Positions 8,066 through 15,953 of a stretch of DNA of 39,645 nt are shown in pieces (the stretch's first letter is position 1; each line of letters opens with the position of its first letter). The DNA lies in IMG/VR virus record IMGVR_UViG_3300012921_000082; one strand, 5' to 3'. Under the pieces are notes generated by a model that was not told the DNA's origin, searched no databases, and worked only from the letters and a program-made list of their open reading frames with translations. The DNA is from a virus (lineage: Duplodnaviria; Caudoviricetes). The position numbers were made by a program, and so were the translations under genes.

Positions 8066-8304
8066 GGCTGGCTCGGGCGCAGCTCAGTCGTCTTCATGAA
8101 CTCGATGAGACGCAGGCGCTCTTCCCGCTCCGTGTCCGTCTCGACACGCGGTCGCTCGAGCCAGGCAAGGACCATGGCGCGGTGTTCCTCGCTGTATGGG
8201 CGGCCATCCTCGAAGAAAAACGAGAACATGCAGGCGCCGGGGTCACCGGCGCGCAGATAGGAACCGTAGGCGGAGGCCGCGCCGTAAGCGTGGCGGCGGT
8301 TCAT
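8062..8304 (-). CDS. Hypothetical phage protein
   Basis: Start MNRRHA at ATGA overlap; GDPGACMFSF...DGRP..EEHR. Confidence 0.65.
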   Translation of the reverse strand: MNRRHAYGAASAYGSYLRAGDPGACMFSFFFEDGRPYSEEHRAMVLAWLERPRVETDTEREERLRLIEFMKTTELRPSQP

Positions 8305-8648
8305 TGGTTGCAACCCTCCACCACGATCACTTCCCGCGGATTGGGAGGCACTACCGCGCCAGTCATGGCGTCCGAAAACGTGTCGCCCTGCCCGACGACA
8401 TATTCGTCGCCTGTCCAGTCCACGGCCGAGACCGTGCAGACGGGCGCATGCATGACAGTCCACCACGCTTGCGCGGCCATGGTGGATACGATGACAAGCG
8501 CGGCGACAAGCGAGCCGATAAGAATGATGGAGGCGCGCTGCGCTCGGATTTCGCGCAGGCGCTGGCCCTCGAACTCGCCAACGAAGAACGGATTCCGGCC
8601 TTCAAGCGAAGCGGTATCGTTCACGGGAACACGGTCGGGATTCAGCAT
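8301..8648 (-). CDS. Hypothetical single-pass membrane protein
   Basis: Hydrophobic IILIGSLVAALVIVSTMAA segment; start overlaps upstream stop. Confidence 0.65.
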   Translation of the reverse strand: MLNPDRVPVNDTASLEGRNPFFVGEFEGQRLREIRAQRASIILIGSLVAALVIVSTMAAQAWWTVMHAPVCTVSAVDWTGDEYVVGQGDTFSDAMTGAVVPPNPREVIVVEGCNQ

Positions 8649-8839
8649 GGCCAGCCGCTTTCGAGAACGCGGGCAGACTGGAGACGGGTGCGCTGCGCGC
8701 GGAAGAAATCGCATTCGCGCGCGAGATCTTCCTCGAACTCGCGGCGGTCGCGTTCACGTGGCGTTTCATACGCAGGATGATGCCGGAAGGCGGCAGCGCG
8801 CGCGGTGCGCCTGTCGTCCGGCTGGAAGACGGATTGCAT
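8642..8839 (-). CDS. Hypothetical protein
   Basis: GGAGA SD and hairpin motif precede the ATG; 65 aa, charged. Confidence 0.62.
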   Translation of the reverse strand: MQSVFQPDDRRTARAAAFRHHPAYETPRERDRREFEEDLARECDFFRAQRTRLQSARVLESGWPC

Positions 8840-8848
8840 GACGGATTC

Positions 8849-8874
8849 TCTCCATTGGTGCCATAAGCGGCGGG
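8849..8874 (-). promoter_or_regulatory. Pre-SD hairpin motif copy 5
   Basis: CCC-GCCG-CTTA-TGGC-6 nt-GGAGA (G-U closing pair). Confidence 0.65.
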
Positions 8875-9123
8875 AAAAGGCAGTTTACCGACGTGCCAAG
8901 GTCCGGGCGGAATCCTACCGCCATGGCTTCCTCACATTGCCCTTCAGCGGGCTATCTGCGTTGCGCTGGTGGCGTGGCGCGCAGCTTTCCGGCTTGCTTT
9001 ATCCCTCGCCCGGCGACGAGTCCGCGTGCGTCGTGGCGGTTGTTGAGGCTCGACCCTTCCACGCGATTTCGGCCATGTGGCCGCGTCTGGACGGATTCCT
9101 CCCGTCCACACGTAGCGACATGC

Positions 9124-9154
9124 AAAAAAGGCCGCGCGACAGAAGCCGCGCGGC
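9124..9154 (-). terminator. Intrinsic terminator after first early gene
   Basis: Minus strand GCCGCGCG-8 nt-CGCGCGGC followed by CTTTTTT. Confidence 0.8.
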
Positions 9155-9179
9155 TGGAGTGATGGATATCAGGCGAGGA

Positions 9180-9878
9180 TTAGGCAGCTGCGCTGGCCAG
9201 ACGGTCGGACGCTTCACGGTCAACCTTGATACGCTTGATCGTGGAAGCGGGCGCAGCGTCCTTGTCGGATTCCGGCTTGGCGACCTTCGGACGGCTGGCC
9301 TTCGGCGCGGCTTCCTTGGTCTCCTCGCCTTCCACTGGCTTGGTTTCGGCCTGCTTGATCTCGACCACGTTCGAGGTTGCGGCAGCGGGCTTCGCCTTGG
9401 CCGTCATCTCGCGGTATTTCTTGATCTGGGTGGCCATGAACAGGGCGAAGTTCTTGTCGTCCTGACCCGCGTCGTCGTCGTCAAGCGTGGCGTCCGCAAT
9501 CTTGCCAATACGGTCGACAAGCGGTGCCTTGGCCTTGGCTTCGGTCGATTTCTTGTCCTTTTCATAGTCCGCCGGCGACGTGGTGAATGCGGCCGGAAGG
9601 TCGGATTTCTTGCCCTTGGCATAAGTGAACACCAGCTTGACCGCGTCAAACGCGACCTTGCCGAACGCGGTCATCCACTTGACGACGGCGGCGCGGTAAT
9701 TCTTGGGCGTGGCCGAGTAGATGGCGTTGCAGTAAATCGCGTCGTGATGTTGCTCGACGTGGTTCAGCGCCGAATAGGCAAGCTGGTGCGTCTTTTCGGT
9801 GAAGGTGGCGGCGGTCTTGCCGTAGCTGGCAACGGCGGTCTTGAGGGACTTGCCGGTCAGGATTGCGAAAGCGGTCAT
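9180..9878 (-). CDS. First early protein, with Lys/Ala/Glu-rich disordered C-terminus
   Basis: Start MTAFAI with GGAGA SD and hairpin motif; N-terminal pattern (H...H.D....N.I...P...R....KW...FG) recalled from early genes of other phages. Confidence 0.75.
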   Translation of the reverse strand: MTAFAILTGKSLKTAVASYGKTAATFTEKTHQLAYSALNHVEQHHDAIYCNAIYSATPKNYRAAVVKWMTAFGKVAFDAVKLVFTYAKGKKSDLPAAFTTSPADYEKDKKSTEAKAKAPLVDRIGKIADATLDDDDAGQDDKNFALFMATQIKKYREMTAKAKPAAATSNVVEIKQAETKPVEGEETKEAAPKASRPKVAKPESDKDAAPASTIKRIKVDREASDRLASAAA

Positions 9879-9885
9879 GTTCATT

Positions 9886-9911
9886 TCTCCGTAGGTGGCA
9901 TAATTGCCGGG
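9886..9911 (-). promoter_or_regulatory. Pre-SD hairpin motif copy 6
   Basis: CCC-GGCA-ATTA-TGCC-6 nt-GGAGA. Confidence 0.7.
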
Positions 9912-10005
9912 TTTCGGTCTCAAGCGACCGTGACAGGCGCGTTCAGCGCCGCACCTGTCAGAGTGGCTTGAGTGTGACGCCGCGCAGCTCGCACCGCGCG
10001 GCGTC

Positions 10006-10028
10006 TCTCCTTCTTTGCCATGATTGGC
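10006..10028 (-). promoter_or_regulatory. Pre-SD hairpin motif copy 7 (in leader, no clear ORF)
   Basis: GCCA-ATCA-TGGC-6 nt-GGAGA followed by a long GCGA-tetraloop stem rather than an ATG. Confidence 0.6.
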
Positions 10029-10470
10029 GATTTGCGGTCTTACCGTTGCCAGCGTGACCGCATTCATTTGCGAGATTGAAATCTGAATTGTTCTTTCTCG
10101 AACGACTCGCCCTTGCGAGTTGCTAGCCTTCCGGGGACGGCGGGCCGCTTGGTGGCGTCCCTTCAAGCGGGGTCGTTTAACCCTCGCACCGCGCATTTGT
10201 TCCCGTGCGCTCTACCGTCTCGCCTGCCCGCTTCGTTGCGCGGCGTACCTTGGTAGCCCCATTGTTTCGATAAGTCGGCGCAATGGGAGCGCCCGTACGG
10301 CTGGCCTAGTGAGTCACCACTGGCATCGGACCGTCTGCTATAGGTTCAAGGCCGCGCCCCCTCGCCTGCCTGCCAATCGTCCAGCCTTGCCAGCCTGCCA
10401 TCCAGAAGGATGACCGCTTGACGTTGCCAGCAACCGGCAAGCCCGAAGGCCGCTTGTCCTGTCACCACTC

Positions 10471-10496
10471 TGTCAAAGAACTCGGCGAACTCGCCG
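10471..10496 (-). promoter_or_regulatory. boxB-like hairpin + boxA-like antitermination element
   Basis: CGGCG-AGTT-CGCCG hairpin followed by GTTCTTTGACA, resembling the boxA consensus GCTCTTTAACA, about 20-45 nt after the predicted TSS. Confidence 0.6.
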
Positions 10497-10520
10497 CACC
10501 GCTAGGAAGCGATGGCCAAC

Positions 10521-10570
10521 ACATAGAGGCATGCCGTCACCATGTCAATATGCTTTTGCTATTTTATTCA
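10521..10570 (-). promoter_or_regulatory. Sigma70 early promoter with UP element
   Basis: ATTGAC (10549-10544)-N17-CTATGT (10526-10521), matching the rhizobial CTTGAC-N17-CTATAT consensus; A-rich TGAATAAAATAGCAAAAG upstream. Confidence 0.75.
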
Positions 10571-10633
10571 TTATCCAGCCATCACGGCTTTATACATACC
10601 CCGCGCCTCATGCAAAGACCGTGTGCCTGGCAT

Positions 10634-10678
10634 CGCATTGTCATGCTGCTACCCCTCGCCCTGCACCGCATTGTCATG
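10634..10678 (+). repeat. Direct repeat CGCATTGTCATG x2
   Basis: Exact 12-mer at 10634 and 10667, 33 bp apart. Confidence 0.8.
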
Positions 10679-10822
10679 GGTAGCCAATGGCCCGCTAGCC
10701 TGCCCTATCCCTGCCCATTGATGCGGCCCTGCCGCCTCTCCAGCCTGCCTGTTCATCGAGCATCGAAGTGCAACGACAACTGGCCGCACGACAGGCCAAG
10801 CCCCTCGCCTCGCCGGTCAGAA

Positions 10823-10896
10823 GGGAGGGGGGGCTAAATCTCTACGGGTCCATTGGGGGTGCCACCGCTGCGGGGTCAGGTTCACAAAATTTTTTC
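10823..10896 (+). other. Putative cos (packaging initiation) region
   Basis: GGGAGGGGGGGCTAAATCTCT...CCGCTGCGG...AAAATTTTTT, resembling signatures around cos in HNH/Terminase_1 phages; non-coding and upstream of the packaging genes. Confidence 0.5.
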
Positions 10897-11027
10897 CGAC
10901 AGGAGGAAGATTCGCGAAAAGCGGGTCAGAGCGACCGAAAAAACAGGGCAAAAACCCAGCATTTAGTACTGGTCCAATGAAAATTGTCAGGGCCGCGAAA
11001 TTGATGGGTATTTTTGAAATTCACCTA

Positions 11028-11222
11028 AGCGGACAAATGCCGGACACCAGCCGGACAGATGGCGGACAAATGGCGGTTTTTGCCATTTGTCGATTTCGCA
11101 AAGCGCTGGACCAATTGAGGTTGTCAGCGTTCGGCCGGACAAAAGCCGGACAAACGGCGGACAAGTGACGATTCCGCCATGATCGATGGAACGGACAAAC
11201 GGCGGACAAATGCTGGACATTT
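11028..11222 (+). repeat. Helically phased 11-bp repeats (consensus GSCGGACAAAT)
   Basis: GGAC cores at 11031, 11042, 11053, 11064, 11108, 11137, 11148, 11159, 11193, 11204 and 11215. Confidence 0.9.
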
Positions 11223-11443
11223 GGCGGTTCTACGCGTGTGCGCACGGCCTTCAGCTATAACCTGAGAAGTAGGAGGCCCTCATAGGCCGACCTATCTTCG
11301 TCTCCCGTTAGAGCCCGTCATCGGAGGTTGTTGGGGGATGGCTGCTGCGCGCCACCCCGTTGACAGTCCCCCGCGTTTACGGTCAATTCCAGCCGCTGGC
11401 GAGAAAACCGCCCGGCTCCTCCCCTTCACAATCGAGCATTGGC

Positions 11444-11779
11444 ATGGTCCGAATGTTGAGACCGGCGATTCCTGTCGCCGATCTGCGCATAGCCCGGCCG
11501 CGCGAGAAGCGCGTCGATCCGGAGCTGAACACCCAGGCGTACAAGCGCTGGGCTGACGAGGTGAAACGTCGGGCGGGATACCGCTGCGAATATGTCAACG
11601 GCGGCCACCGCTGCCCAAGGTCCAGTGCCGACGGCGACAGGATGATCGCGGATCACATTCGCGAGCGGAAAGATGGCGGCGGGCTGCTCGATCCCAAGAA
11701 CGGTCAATGCCTTTGCGTCTCCCACAACACCGCGAAGGGCATCGCCGCCCGAGCGGCGCGCATGAAGGAACAGTTCTGA
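11444..11779 (+). CDS. HNH endonuclease (packaging-associated)
   Basis: YRCE...RC, ADHIRERKDGG...NGQCLCVSHN; upstream of terS; start uncertain. Confidence 0.88.
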   Translation: MVRMLRPAIPVADLRIARPREKRVDPELNTQAYKRWADEVKRRAGYRCEYVNGGHRCPRSSADGDRMIADHIRERKDGGGLLDPKNGQCLCVSHNTAKGIAARAARMKEQF

Positions 11780-12033
11780 TGCAGATCGGAATGATAGAGG
11801 GTGCCACACGCATCCTTGGCAAATCGCAAGGCTACGCTGGCCTACCTCTACGTGACGAGATGACCAACTGCAGCGTCGGCGGCGAGAACACTCCTGCGAT
11901 GATCACCGCCTGGCTCCCGACGCCGAAAGAGCTCGAAGCTCTCAATGCCGGCGCCGCGGTGCATGTCCGGCTGATCGGAACGGGGCATCCGCCTATCATG
12001 GTGGAAGTCGGCCCGGTACCGGGCGAGCACTGA
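11779..12033 (+). CDS. Hypothetical phage protein
   Basis: TGATG overlap; LPLRD...TAWLPTPKELEALNAG...GTGHPP pattern. Confidence 0.75.
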   Translation: MQIGMIEGATRILGKSQGYAGLPLRDEMTNCSVGGENTPAMITAWLPTPKELEALNAGAAVHVRLIGTGHPPIMVEVGPVPGEH

Positions 12034-12034
12034 C

Positions 12035-12490
12035 ATGTCCACCGTCAAGCGAGCGCGAGGTCGGCCGCAGTTCAAGCCGTCCGCCACCCAACGTCGCACC
12101 GTCGAGCAGATGGTGTCCTGTGGTGACAGCAAGCGCATGATCGCGCGCGCCCTCAAGATCGACGAGGACACGCTCAACAAGCACTTCGTCGAGGAGTTAG
12201 AGAACGGCGCGGCCAGGAAACGCCGCGAAGTGATCGACATGGTCTACAAGGGGGCGAAGAAGGGAAACGCCACCCTGATCAAGCGCCTCGAGGAGATGAC
12301 GCGGATCTCGGGCGCAAAGGAAGACCTCGACCAGCCTGAAAATCCGAAGGGCAAATCGGCGGCACCGACATCGCCGCGTGCGCCAAAGCGCGGCAAGAAG
12401 GAAATCCAGCGCGATGAGGCGCTGCTCGCTGGTCAAAACTCCGAGTGGGGTGAAGATCTCGCTCCGCTGCCGGGTACCAGGCCGAACTGA
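12035..12490 (+). CDS. terS: Terminase small subunit
   Basis: N-terminal GRP and HTH (IARALKIDEDTLNKHF); GKKE...W C-terminus; coupled to terL. Confidence 0.8.
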   Translation: MSTVKRARGRPQFKPSATQRRTVEQMVSCGDSKRMIARALKIDEDTLNKHFVEELENGAARKRREVIDMVYKGAKKGNATLIKRLEEMTRISGAKEDLDQPENPKGKSAAPTSPRAPKRGKKEIQRDEALLAGQNSEWGEDLAPLPGTRPN

Positions 12491-14397
12491 TGACTTGGTC
12501 GACCGCGCTTCCTGATTGGGAAGCGCGCATCGCTGCGCACAAGACCCTGATCCCGGATGGGCTGCCGATCGATGAACAGCGCGCCAATCGCGCGCTACGC
12601 ATCTTCAAGCGGCTTCGGGTAACCGACATCCAGGGCATGCCGACCCTCGGCGAGGTCAGCCCGGAATGGATCTTCGACCTGGTCCGTGTCGTGTTCGGCG
12701 CGTTCGACTGCGAGCGGAAGCGCCAGCTGATCCGGTCGTTTCTCGTACTGATCGCGAAGAAGAACGCCAAGTCAACCATCGCAGCGGGTATCATGGTCAC
12801 GGCCCTGATCATGAACGAGCGCCCCATGGGCGAGTATCTGATCCTGGCGCCGACGAAGGACGTCGCTGACAACAGCTTCCTCCCGGCCTACGGTATGATC
12901 AAGAACGACTCGGAGCTGTTCAAGCGCTACAAGCCTTCGGACACGACGCGCGAGATCGTGAACCGCTTGGACGGCGCAACGCTGGCGGTGAAGTCGGCCG
13001 ACGCAGATGTCGTGGGCGGTCAGAAGTCGATCAGCCGCTTCATCGACGAGCTCTGGCTCTTCGGCAAGAAGAGGGGCGCCGCCAACGTCCTGTCGGAAGC
13101 GGAAGGCTCCGCCGCCTCGCGGCCGGAGGGGTTCACGATCTACGCGTCGACGCACTCCGACGAACCGCCAACTGGCGTGTATCTGGAGAAGCTGACCTAT
13201 TTCCGCTCGGTGCGCGACGGCAAGGTGGAGGACCGCACGTCCCTGCCGCTGATCTACGAGTACCCGGACTCGATGCTGAAGGCGAAGGCCTGGCAGAATC
13301 CGCAGACGTGGCACATTCCGAACCCCAGTCTTGGCTATTCGGTAGACCACGAGTGGCTGACCACCGAGTTGCGGAAGAAGGAGATCGAGGGAACATCTGC
13401 CCTCAGCATCTTCGTTGCGAAGCACTTAAACGTCGAAGCTGGCATCGGCCTGAAGTCCGGGAGCTGGGCCGGCGCTGAGTTCTGGCTCGTCAATCCGAAG
13501 ACCGGCGTCTCCAATGTCGATGCGACCCTGACTTTTCGTGAGGTGTTGCGCCGGTCGGAGGTCATCACGATTGGAATCGACGGCGGCGGACTGGATGATC
13601 TGCTCGGCCTCGCCGTCCTCGGCCGCGAGGCTGGAACGGGCAAGCTGCTGCTGTGGTGTCATGCGTGGGCGCATGAGATCGTGCGGGAGCGCCGGCCAGA
13701 GATTTCTTCTAAGCTCGATGAACTCGCCGCGCCCCCGCGCGAATTGGGGATGCCGCCTGAGCTTACCTTCGTCAAGAACCCCGGCGACGACGTTTATGAG
13801 CTGGCAGATATCGTCCGGACCGTCGAGCGATCCGGAAAGCTGGCGGAGAAGGAGGCGATCGGCGTCGACACCTTCGGTATCGCGGCAATCAAGAAGGCGC
13901 TGCAGAGTGAAGATGGCGGCTCCATCGCCGATGAGCGCATTGTAGGCATCCCGCAAGGCTGGAAACTGAACGGCGCGATCAAGGATACCGAGCGGGATCT
14001 TGCCGGCAACGTCATCCTGCACAATGGCGGCGCCCTCATGCGCTTCGCGGTGGGAAACGCCAAGGTCGTTCCGCGAGGCAACGCGATCGCAATCGACAAA
14101 CAGGAATCCGGGTCAGCCAAGATCGACCCTCTGATGGCGGCGCTGCACGCGAAGGTACTCATGGGTCTGAATCCGCAGCCCACCGTTCGATCAGGCTGGG
14201 ACACAGACGATGTTGAGGGACTGGAGGCCAGGATCGCAGCCGAGGTCGCAAGGTTGGCGCGAGACGACCAGGAGCGCATAGCGAGCGCTGCCGAGAAAGA
14301 CCCCGATGAACTCGCTCGAAGGCGAGCGGCCGACGCCGCGCGCGCAGAAGCTTTCGAAATAGCCCGCCTTCGCGAAGCCGGCGTCGGCATCTACTGA
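12490..14397 (+). CDS. terL: Terminase large subunit (Terminase_1 type)
   Basis: Walker A IAKKNAKST, Walker B FIDELW, nuclease GIDGGGLDD, KIDPLMA. Confidence 0.95.
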   Translation: MTWSTALPDWEARIAAHKTLIPDGLPIDEQRANRALRIFKRLRVTDIQGMPTLGEVSPEWIFDLVRVVFGAFDCERKRQLIRSFLVLIAKKNAKSTIAAGIMVTALIMNERPMGEYLILAPTKDVADNSFLPAYGMIKNDSELFKRYKPSDTTREIVNRLDGATLAVKSADADVVGGQKSISRFIDELWLFGKKRGAANVLSEAEGSAASRPEGFTIYASTHSDEPPTGVYLEKLTYFRSVRDGKVEDRTSLPLIYEYPDSMLKAKAWQNPQTWHIPNPSLGYSVDHEWLTTELRKKEIEGTSALSIFVAKHLNVEAGIGLKSGSWAGAEFWLVNPKTGVSNVDATLTFREVLRRSEVITIGIDGGGLDDLLGLAVLGREAGTGKLLLWCHAWAHEIVRERRPEISSKLDELAAPPRELGMPPELTFVKNPGDDVYELADIVRTVERSGKLAEKEAIGVDTFGIAAIKKALQSEDGGSIADERIVGIPQGWKLNGAIKDTERDLAGNVILHNGGALMRFAVGNAKVVPRGNAIAIDKQESGSAKIDPLMAALHAKVLMGLNPQPTVRSGWDTDDVEGLEARIAAEVARLARDDQERIASAAEKDPDELARRRAADAARAEAFEIARLREAGVGIY

Positions 14398-14409
14398 ACG
14401 AGGACCGAC

Positions 14410-14631
14410 ATGCGATTTGTCTCGGCCGCAGGACGCGGCTTGCGCCGCGCCGGCGTCGTTGCTGCGCGCGCCGTGCCGTCACTGTTCCGTGACTCGATTG
14501 GCTTGGTTGGAGCCGGCGCCTTCGTGTTCGGCGTTTGGCAGATTCACGTGCCGTCGGCATGGATCGCGGGAGGCATGATGCTGATGGTTGTGGCTTTCCG
14601 CCTCGCGGCCTCGTCCGCGGGAGATCGCTGA
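14410..14631 (+). CDS. Small two-TM membrane protein
   Basis: GAGGA SD; two hydrophobic segments; typical position between terL and portal. Confidence 0.75.
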   Translation: MRFVSAAGRGLRRAGVVAARAVPSLFRDSIGLVGAGAFVFGVWQIHVPSAWIAGGMMLMVVAFRLAASSAGDR

Positions 14632-15953
14632 TGCGCGGACTGTTCGCCGCCCTCACCTCACCCCGAGGGGAACGCAAGGACGATAGCCGCTACGGCCTCG
14701 TTGACGAGATGTGGGCCGATTTCTTTGGCGGCCTGCGCGCCTCGAAATCTGGCGTATCGGTGAATTGGAAGTCGGCACTTTCGGTGACGACCGTGCTGGC
14801 ATGTTGCCGCGTCCGCGCTGACGGCCTGGCCACGGTTCCGTGGAAGCTCTATCAGCGGACCGAAAAGACGGTGAACGGTAAAACGGTCGCTGGCCGACAA
14901 GAGGCTCGCGATCATCCGCTCTACGATCTCCTCGCAACTGCTCCCAACGAGTGGATGACCAGCCTGGAGTTTCGGGAGACGCAGAACTTCCATGTCGACC
15001 TCGCAGGCCATTCGTACACTTTCAAGAATTGGGTGCCTGGCCTCCACAGCGGGCCGTACATCAGCGAGATGATCCTACTGGATCCGGCCCGAGTGACGCA
15101 TCGGCAACTCAACGATGGGTCATTGGAGTATACGCTTCGCGGTCTGGATGGGTCCACACAGACGCTGACACGCCAACATATTTGGCACGTCAAAGGTCCG
15201 TCCTGGGACACGATCGACGGCCTCAACATCGTGAATTTCGCCCGTGAGGCGATCGGCTTAGCCATTGCAGCCGAAGACAGTCACTCGTCATTCCATCGCA
15301 ACGGCGTGAGGCCGAGCGGCATCATCGCGGCGGATGGCTCGCTGGATGAACCGCAACTGATCCGCCTTGCCGCTTGGGTTCGGCGGCATTTCGGCGGCGC
15401 TGACAACACCGGCAAGCTTCTCGTCCTCGACAAAGCGGCAAAATTCCAGCCCACGCAGATGACTGGCGTAGACAGCCAGCATCTCGAAACGCGAAAGTTT
15501 CAGGTCGAGCGCATCTGCGAAGTCCTTCGTGTAATGCCAATTATGATCGGTTTCTCGGGCGACAAGAACGCCACCTTCGCGTCTGCCGAGCAGATGTTTC
15601 TCGCCCACCTGGTGCATACCGTCAGACCCATCCATCGCCGATTTGGTGGTTCTGGTGACTTGTTCCTTCTCTCGAAGGACGAACGAAAGAAGGGCTACTA
15701 CACCGGGTTCGTCGACTCCGATTTCTTGAGCCCGAGCCTCGAAGCCAAGGCCAAATACAATCAGATCGCGCTCGGCGGCCCCAACAATCCGGGCTGGCTC
15801 ACACAGAACGATGTTCGCGGCTGGGATGAGATGGATGCGATGGAAGGCGCCGATCGCCTCTTCGCTCCCTCAGGTATGGCCGTCTTGGACGAACACGGAA
15901 AGCTTGTCCCGATTGTCGCGCCGTCGGCGCCTAAATCCCCTACTGGAGCGTGA
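14631..15953 (+). CDS. Portal protein (HK97 family)
   Basis: VLACCRVRADGLA, HPLYDLL..PNEWMT, NGVRPSG, EQMFLA, WLTQNDVR motifs. Confidence 0.95.
   Translation: MRGLFAALTSPRGERKDDSRYGLVDEMWADFFGGLRASKSGVSVNWKSALSVTTVLACCRVRADGLATVPWKLYQRTEKTVNGKTVAGRQEARDHPLYDLLATAPNEWMTSLEFRETQNFHVDLAGHSYTFKNWVPGLHSGPYISEMILLDPARVTHRQLNDGSLEYTLRGLDGSTQTLTRQHIWHVKGPSWDTIDGLNIVNFAREAIGLAIAAEDSHSSFHRNGVRPSGIIAADGSLDEPQLIRLAAWVRRHFGGADNTGKLLVLDKAAKFQPTQMTGVDSQHLETRKFQVERICEVLRVMPIMIGFSGDKNATFASAEQMFLAHLVHTVRPIHRRFGGSGDLFLLSKDERKKGYYTGFVDSDFLSPSLEAKAKYNQIALGGPNNPGWLTQNDVRGWDEMDAMEGADRLFAPSGMAVLDEHGKLVPIVAPSAPKSPTGA

Larger units (their letters stand above)
9912..10514 (-). ncRNA. Long structured early leader / candidate ncRNA
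   Basis: No convincing gene; about ten consecutive inverted repeats, including GCGA and CUUCGG tetraloops on the minus strand. Confidence 0.45.

Noticed and set aside
4698-10028. Hairpins as MS2 coat operators or CsrA/RsmA sites
   Set aside because: The ANYA loop resembles the MS2 operator, but the bulged A and lower stem are missing; GGA is in the SD rather than in the loop
9879-10196. N-terminal extension of the first early gene to 338 aa
   Set aside because: SD and hairpin motif point to ATG 9878; the extension has atypical composition and overlaps RNA stems
8875-10470. Hammerhead ribozyme or tRNA in the structured spacers
   Set aside because: No complete CUGANGA/GAAA core or cloverleaf with a T-loop was found by eye; a covariance search is still warranted
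11028-11222. CRISPR array
   Set aside because: Units are 11 bp with no unique spacers and there are no cas genes
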